From the NCBI GenBank assembly GCA_036390255.1, contig DASWCE010000006.1:3975-67974 (forward strand): 64,000 nucleotides of DNA. Direction: 5' to 3'. The notes below the pieces were generated by a model that was not told the DNA's origin, made no database searches, and saw only the letters and a program-made list of their open reading frames with translations. Source of the stretch: Gemmatimonadales bacterium. Its GTDB lineage: Bacteria > Gemmatimonadota > Gemmatimonadetes > Gemmatimonadales > GWC2-71-9. Every line of letters starts with the position of its first letter. Within the stretch, counting starts at the first letter, position 1. Below, piece by piece: positions 58,514-64,000 of the stretch. The position numbers were made by a program, and so were the translations under genes.

Positions 58514-59023
58514 ATGGAAACCACGATCGTCAGGCCAGAGAGAAGTAGGGCACACAGGTCCGCGGACGAGCTCCGGCTCGAGTGGCGGTCCGACGGCTCG
58601 CTGTGGGCCGTGCGGGGCGAGGACGAGCGCCCGGTTTCGGTGCGCCGCTGTTTCCCCTGGTCCGAGCCCACACGCCATTTATCACTGCGGGATTCCGACG
58701 AGGAGGAGTTCGCGCTCGTGACGGATCCTGCTGAGCTCCATCCGCGCTCGCGTGCAGCGCTCGAGATGGCGCTCGCGGTGGCAGGGTTCGTGTTCGAGGT
58801 GACACGGGTCCTCGAGATCGAGGAGGAAGTCGAGATCCGTCGCTGGCGGGTCGAGACGCGCCAGGGCCCGCGGTCGTTTCAGACGAGGCTGGACGATTGG
58901 CCGCGCACGCTACCGCACGGTGGGCTGCTGATCCGTGATCTGGCGGGCGATTTGTATCACCTCGAGGCGCCGGAGCAGTTGGACCGGCAGAGCCGCGAGC
59001 TGCTGTGGGCGTTTGTGGATTGA
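58514..59023 (+). CDS. DUF1854-family protein
   Basis: 169 aa. The pattern ...FQTRLDDWPRTLPHGGLLIRDLAGDLYHLE..EQLDRQSRELLWAFVD matches my memory of DUF1854, which typically follows such ABC exporters. Confidence 0.7.
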   Translation: METTIVRPERSRAHRSADELRLEWRSDGSLWAVRGEDERPVSVRRCFPWSEPTRHLSLRDSDEEEFALVTDPAELHPRSRAALEMALAVAGFVFEVTRVLEIEEEVEIRRWRVETRQGPRSFQTRLDDWPRTLPHGGLLIRDLAGDLYHLEAPEQLDRQSRELLWAFVD

Positions 59024-59149
59024 TCGTAGGGCGGGGCGGGGGCGCGGTGTGGACTCGTCGCAACAGCCGCACTCTAGTCACGAGTGGAACATCGCGGTGA
59101 TCGAATGGTCACACGCGGGAGCGATCCTCGCTGCAACCCAGGAGGTCAT

Positions 59150-60463
59150 ATGTCACGCTCTCGCTCCGCCTCTCCCCTGTCACGCCGCGCGTTTCTTTCG
59201 ACCGGGGCCGCGGCCGCCGGCGCCCTCGCCCTTGGCTGTGCCGACCGCTCGCTCTTGGCGCCTTTCACGCAAGCCGCCCGCAGATTCGGCGGTGCGCCCG
59301 ACACGTCCGGCATCGAGCACATCGTGCTCATGATGATGGAGAACCGGTCCTTCGACCACTTGCTCGGTTGGCTCCCCCGGGCCGACGGTAGGCAGGCGGG
59401 TCTGTCGTACACCGATGCAGCTGGCGCGTCGTTCGCGACATTCCCGCTCGCCCCCGACTTCCAGGGGTGCGGTCATCAGGATCCGGATCACTCGTACGAC
59501 GGCGCACGGGTCGAGTACAACGACGGCGCCTGCGACGGTTGGTTGCGCGTCAACGACGTGTTCTCGATCGGCTACTATCGCCGCGGCGATCTCGCCTTCC
59601 TCGGCAACGCGGCGCCGCAGTGGGCGTCGTTCGACCGGTACTTCGCGGCGATCCTGGGACCCACGTTCCCCAACCGTGTTTACCAGCACGCGGGCCAAAC
59701 CGACCGGATCGAGAACTCGTTTACGGTGTCGACCCTACCGACGATCTGGGACCGCCTCGCCGCCGCTGGGCTGGACGGACGCTACTACTTCGGCGACGTG
59801 CCGATTCTCGGGCTGTGGGGCGAGAAGTATGTGGGGATCAGCCGCCCGCTCGAGGCGTTTTTCGCCGACTGCCTCGCTGGCACCCTGCCGCACGTCGCCT
59901 TCGTGGACGGGCCGTTTCTCAGCGAGTTCGCCGGCACGGGCTTCGACGACCACCCATTCAACGACGTCCGCGCCGGCGAGGCGTTCATGAACCAGGTCTA
60001 TCGGGCCGTGACAACTAGCCCGGCGTGGTCCCGCACCGTGCTGATCATCAACTTCGACGAGTGGGGCGGGTTCTTCGATCACGTCCCGCCGCCGCTCGCG
60101 CCGCTTCCCGACGCCGACCGCGCCGCGGGATCCGACGGGCGCGTCGGATTCCGCACGCCGACCCTCCTGATCTCGCCGTTCGCGCGCCGGGCGCATACGT
60201 CTCACGTGGTCTACGATCATACGTCGATACTGCGGCTGATCGAATGGCGCTGGAATCTCGAGCCGTTGACGGTGCGCGACGCCACCGCCAACAATCCGGC
60301 CGACGAGTTGGACTTCAAGAACCCGCAATTGCTCGCGCCGGCCTACGCCGTCCCGCCCGTGGTTGGGCTGCCGTGTCCGGGCAACCCCGTGCTGGCCTCG
60401 TCGCGGCGCTCGCTCTGGGCCGAGCTGCGCCGCGCGTCGCAGGTACGGGGTTGGCATGTATGA
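59150..60463 (+). CDS. phosphoesterase-family enzyme (non-haemolytic phospholipase C / acid phosphatase AcpA type), Tat-exported
   Basis: Twin-arginine signal SRRAFLSTGAAAAGALAL and the family motif IEHIVLMMMENRSFDHLLGWL. The ATG at 59150 is preceded by AGGAGG. Confidence 0.88.
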   Translation: MSRSRSASPLSRRAFLSTGAAAAGALALGCADRSLLAPFTQAARRFGGAPDTSGIEHIVLMMMENRSFDHLLGWLPRADGRQAGLSYTDAAGASFATFPLAPDFQGCGHQDPDHSYDGARVEYNDGACDGWLRVNDVFSIGYYRRGDLAFLGNAAPQWASFDRYFAAILGPTFPNRVYQHAGQTDRIENSFTVSTLPTIWDRLAAAGLDGRYYFGDVPILGLWGEKYVGISRPLEAFFADCLAGTLPHVAFVDGPFLSEFAGTGFDDHPFNDVRAGEAFMNQVYRAVTTSPAWSRTVLIINFDEWGGFFDHVPPPLAPLPDADRAAGSDGRVGFRTPTLLISPFARRAHTSHVVYDHTSILRLIEWRWNLEPLTVRDATANNPADELDFKNPQLLAPAYAVPPVVGLPCPGNPVLASSRRSLWAELRRASQVRGWHV

Positions 60464-60944
60464 GTCCTATGACACGTACACTCACTTGCCTCGTTGCGGC
60501 CGCGCACTCGCAGGCGCCGGTTCTACAACGGCACAGAGCGGCCTGGGACTGAAGGGCGGCTTCTCATACGGCAACGTCTCGAACCGCGGGCTGCTGCCCG
60601 GCAACCTCACGGAGCGGACCAGCGGAAGCTTGATTACGCGAACGTGCCACTGTTCGTGCGCGTGTTGTTTCCGTCACCCGGTATCGCTCCACGCCTACGC
60701 GGGCCCGCAGGTCTCCTTCGAGCTGCGCTGCCGCGCCGGCTCGTCGCCGTGCCCCGACACCGACCGACCGTCTACCAGCTACGCGGCGGTGATCGGCGGG
60801 GGCGCGCGCCTCGGCGCGTCGAGCGCGTTCACGGTGGAAGGTCGCTATGTCTACGGCCTCACCGACCTGAAGCTCAGCACGATCACGAGCTCGGAGAGCT
60901 ACAAGACCCGCTCGTTCCTGATCCTTGCGGGGTGGGCGTTCTGA
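60460..60944 (+). pseudogene. outer-membrane beta-barrel protein gene disrupted by about three frameshifts
   Basis: The signal peptide is in frame 1 (MSPMTRTLTCLVAAA, with the ATG overlapping the upstream TGA). The mature start is in frame 0 (AGAGSTTAQSGLGLKGGFSYGN). The strand motif is in frame 2 (LDYANVPLFVRVLFPSPGIAP). The remainder is back in frame 0 (YAGPQVSFEL...SFLILAGWAF*). Confidence 0.6.
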
Positions 60945-60965
60945 CAACTCGATAACGCCGTCGCC

Positions 60966-61793
60966 TCATCGTTGACAGCGTCTACAAAACGTCGTCTGCC
61001 GCAAGTCGATCTTGTGCGTCATGGTGAGCTTCCGGCCGCACCGCACGCATTGCTCTCCGCCTCGACCGTACACGCGTAGTTCGAACTGGAACCGGCCGCG
61101 CTCGCCGGTGCCCGTGCGATAGTCGCGCAGGGTCGTGCCCGAGGATGCCAACGCTCGCTGCAACACATCGACGATTGCCGCGTGCAACCGTGCGAACTCC
61201 TCTAGTGACAGCTTATGCGTTTGCTTCGAGGGATCGAGCCGCGCATCGAACAGCGCTTCGTTGGCATAGATATTTCCGACGCCCGCGAGCCGCCGCTGAT
61301 CCATGATCGCCTTCTTTACGGCGGTACGCGTGCCTTTGAGGCGGTCCGCAAAGACGAACGGCGTGAACGTCTCTTCCAGCGGCTCGGGGCCGATCCGACC
61401 GGTGTAGGCGATCCAGCCTTTTTCATCCAGCAGCCAGATCGTGCCAAGCCGGCGCACGTCGCGGTAAACGAATTTGCGGCCGTCGGTCAAGGTGCAGATC
61501 AGGACGGCATACTTCAGCTCTTCACGGCTCAGTTCCCGATCGTACAGCAGCAGCGAACCGGTCATGCGGGGCTGGATGATCATGCGGTGCCCGCTCGACA
61601 GCCGAAATACGGCGTGCTTGGCGCGCCGATACACCTGCTCGATCGTGTTGCCGGTCAGTGTCTTGATGAGGCGGGCTTGGGAGACCTGCCGCAGACCGTC
61701 GGTCTTTCTGAGCTGCACATGCGTGATGCGGCACCCCTCGAGCCGAGGGGCAATCTCCCGGACGATCGTCTCGACTTCAGGCAGCTCCGGCAC
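60966..61793 (-). CDS. mutM: formamidopyrimidine-DNA glycosylase
   Basis: The GTG at 61791-61793 gives the obligatory N-terminus (M)PELPEVE. It also has the H2TH region and a C-terminal zinc finger, CVRCGRKL...TTFCRRCQ. Confidence 0.92.
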   Translation of the reverse strand: MPELPEVETIVREIAPRLEGCRITHVQLRKTDGLRQVSQARLIKTLTGNTIEQVYRRAKHAVFRLSSGHRMIIQPRMTGSLLLYDRELSREELKYAVLICTLTDGRKFVYRDVRRLGTIWLLDEKGWIAYTGRIGPEPLEETFTPFVFADRLKGTRTAVKKAIMDQRRLAGVGNIYANEALFDARLDPSKQTHKLSLEEFARLHAAIVDVLQRALASSGTTLRDYRTGTGERGRFQFELRVYGRGGEQCVRCGRKLTMTHKIDLRQTTFCRRCQR

Positions 61794-63084
61794 GCTGAAT
61801 CTCACGCCAGGCGATGTCGCGCCGCCAGGTCTTGCCTTCAAACGCAATCCGCTCGGCGGCGCCGCGACTCGCGCGCGCGGCGTCGGATACGGTGGCTCCC
61901 AGGCCGGTCACGTTCAGTACGCGTCCCCCGGACGTGCGCAGCCTGCCCTCGTTGTCGCGGTAAGTGCCGGCGTGAAAGACAATCACATCATTCCCCAGTT
62001 CCGCCGGATCGGGAAGCCTGATCGCCACGCCCTGCTCGGGGTTTTCGGGATAGCCGCGCGCCGCTAGCACGGTCGTGACGGCGGCGCTCTCGACAGCCAA
62101 GACTTGCTGGGTCGACAGCGGACGCCACTGTCGCTGGGCGAGCGCGATGAGATGTTGCGTGAAACCCGGTAACATCGCCGGGAGCAGCACCTGCGTCTCT
62201 GGATCGCCGAAGCGCGCGTTGAACTCGAGGACCAAGGGCGTGCCGTCCGGCAGGATCATGAGGCCGGCGTAGAGGACGCCTTCGTACGGCGAGCCCTGCG
62301 CCGCTACCTCGCGCAGCACCGGCTCGAAGACTTCCGTGCGGACGCGCGCCAGCAGGTCGTCGGTCGCAATACTCACGGGACAGTACGCGCCCATGCCGCC
62401 GGTGTTGGGGCCGGTGTCGCCTTCGCCGAGGCGTTTGTGATCCTGAGCGGGTGGCAAAATCAGGACGCGGTCGCCGTCGGTCAGCGCCAGCACGGACAAC
62501 TCCTCGCCAGCGAGGAACTCCTCAACCAGCACCTCCTTGCCCGCCTCACCCAGCGAACCGTCCAGCATCGCGCGGACGACCTTCACCGCTTCCTCGCGCG
62601 TCCGGCACACCACCGCGCCTTTCCCCGCCGCGAGACCGGAGGCCTTCACGACGAGGGGTTCAGCGTGGCCCCCGATGTATTCCAGCGCGGGGCCCATGCC
62701 CACGAACGTGGCACTTTTCGCCGTCGGGACGCCGGCGCGACGCATGACTTCCTTCGCGTACGCCTTGGACGACTCGAGCCGGGCTGCAGCTGCGGACGGG
62801 CCGAAGACGGCCCGTTCGTCACCGCGCAAGCGATCGGTGAGGCCGGCGGCGAGCGGAGCTTCCGGGCCAATAATCGTGACGTCGATATCGTGGGTGTGGG
62901 CTGCTGCGACGAGCTCGTCTATGGCGGTGGCGGCAATCGGAAGGTTGGTCCCGATGGCGGCGGTGCCCGGATTGCCGGGTGCGGCGAACAGATTCAGGTC
63001 AGACGAAGAAGCGGCGGCATCGCGATGCAGTGCCCAGCAGAGGGCGTGCTCGCGGCCGCCGCCTCCGACGACCAGTACTCTCAC
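61777..63084 (-). CDS. purD: phosphoribosylamine-glycine ligase
   Basis: MRVLVVGGGGREHALCWAL, an ATP-grasp core, and the C-terminal TSGGRVLNVTGLG. Confidence 0.96.
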   Translation of the reverse strand: MRVLVVGGGGREHALCWALHRDAAASSSDLNLFAAPGNPGTAAIGTNLPIAATAIDELVAAAHTHDIDVTIIGPEAPLAAGLTDRLRGDERAVFGPSAAAARLESSKAYAKEVMRRAGVPTAKSATFVGMGPALEYIGGHAEPLVVKASGLAAGKGAVVCRTREEAVKVVRAMLDGSLGEAGKEVLVEEFLAGEELSVLALTDGDRVLILPPAQDHKRLGEGDTGPNTGGMGAYCPVSIATDDLLARVRTEVFEPVLREVAAQGSPYEGVLYAGLMILPDGTPLVLEFNARFGDPETQVLLPAMLPGFTQHLIALAQRQWRPLSTQQVLAVESAAVTTVLAARGYPENPEQGVAIRLPDPAELGNDVIVFHAGTYRDNEGRLRTSGGRVLNVTGLGATVSDAARASRGAAERIAFEGKTWRRDIAWREIQRAGAA

Positions 63085-64000
63085 TTCTTCTTGAACGCGT
63101 CCGTGAAAGCCTGGGCCGCCCGCTTGGCACTGTCCACCACGTCGTTCACGACCGCTTTCGCTTCCTTCATATAGTGGTCGCGCGCTTCGTCGATGTCGTC
63201 CTCGATCGGCCGCTTCTCGGCCTCCGGACCACGACGCGTATACTCGCCGTTCAGAATCCGGTCATATGCACCCGCTTCCACCCAGCGCTGCAGCTCGGCC
63301 GCGCGGAGCGTGTTGAACGGATGCGTCTGATCGAGCGTGTTCAGAATCTTGAAGATGCGGTCGACGGCGCCGCCCGTTTCCTCGTACTCCTTGGCTTGTG
63401 TCAAGAAGGCGTTCAGGTCCATCTGCTTCATGTCGCCGCCACCGGCCATTTTCAGGAACATGCGCATCGACGCTTGCGGATCCTGGGTCGAGATCAGGCC
63501 GGCGCGGTCGGACGAGAGCTCGCTCTTCCGGAACCACTCGAGCAAGGCGAACCGAATCGGCGCGAGGAAGAGGCCGGCGAGGAACGGCAGCACGTTCGCG
63601 CTGACGAACAGAATGATGATGAGGATGGTGTGGTACAGCGCGTGGCCGCTCATGATGTGCCCCAGCTCGTGGCCGAGCAGGGTCCGCATCTCGTCGTCAT
63701 CGAGCAGCTTGAGCGCGCCGGAGTTGAGGACGATGAACGGCCGCTCCACGCCGAATGCGCCGGCGTTGACGAAGGGCGTCTGCGACACGAACAGCTCGGG
63801 GCGGTCGGGCCAGTCCATCGTCGTCAGCACATCGGTGTAGAGCTGATGGAGCTTCGGGAATTGCGTCGGCCCGACGCGCACGGCATTGGCCTGGAACAGC
63901 AGGCGGATGCCGCGCTCGCCGAAGAACCCCACAATTTTCTTGACGACTTCATCGAACCCCGGGACCGATCGCAGCGTCTGCAGCGCGGCGCGATCCGCCG
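63081..64000 (-). CDS. M48-family zinc metalloprotease (partial; 5' end beyond window)
   Basis: HELGHIMSGH zinc motif. The frame stays open upstream of the first listed start, through to base 64000 (...DRAALQTLRSVPGFDEVVKKIVGFFGE...). Its stop overlaps the purD start. Confidence 0.85.
   Translation of the reverse strand, partial: ADRAALQTLRSVPGFDEVVKKIVGFFGERGIRLLFQANAVRVGPTQFPKLHQLYTDVLTTMDWPDRPELFVSQTPFVNAGAFGVERPFIVLNSGALKLLDDDEMRTLLGHELGHIMSGHALYHTILIIILFVSANVLPFLAGLFLAPIRFALLEWFRKSELSSDRAGLISTQDPQASMRMFLKMAGGGDMKQMDLNAFLTQAKEYEETGGAVDRIFKILNTLDQTHPFNTLRAAELQRWVEAGAYDRILNGEYTRRGPEAEKRPIEDDIDEARDHYMKEAKAVVNDVVDSAKRAAQAFTDAFKKK

Overview
High-GC, very tightly packed bacterial chromosome segment. 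By gene content it is a Gram-negative, possibly Gemmatimonadota-like organism (low-confidence inference). About 60 protein genes can be supported, mostly core metabolism and envelope functions. I found no rRNA, tRNA, CRISPR array, transposase, integrase or phage gene. Main blocks, in order: (1) cstA; an SDR, lipoprotein, NAD-isocitrate dehydrogenase, zinc-ribbon, DUF4139, phosphoesterase chain. (2) gcdH, a 4x internal-repeat secreted protein, etfB, etfA, ETF-QO. (3) Two tandem MEDS-domain paralogs. (4) A 13-gene translationally coupled minus-strand array: gpmI, OMP, W/Mo-type ABC, QueD-like, fdhD, CoA-binding, mobA, mobB, moeA, GGDEF, M61 peptidase, marC. (5) guaB, a TonB-dependent receptor, an APC permease, nrnA-like, mrp. 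(6) A LuxR gene lying antisense inside a longer ORF. (7) A MASE1-GGDEF cyclase followed by a stressosome module (rsbR-S-T-X). (8) MATE, a DUF62 SAM hydrolase, an ECF sigma/anti-sigma pair. (9) A UbiE/UbiD/UbiA/UbiX quinone set. (10) Peptidases (oligopeptidase B, M1); an ABC exporter with a DUF1854 partner; a phospholipase C-family enzyme; a frameshifted OMP pseudogene; mutM, purD and a partial M48 protease. I see no clear-cut novel defence or mobile system. The most interesting candidates are the orphan stressosome headed by a diguanylate cyclase, the uncharacterised 4x repeat protein inside the gcdH-etf cluster, the tandem MEDS paralogs, the ABC+DUF1854 pair, the LuxR/long-ORF antisense overlap at a G-tract, and several structured intergenic elements. 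All family calls come from reading the translated ORFs by eye; no database search was run.
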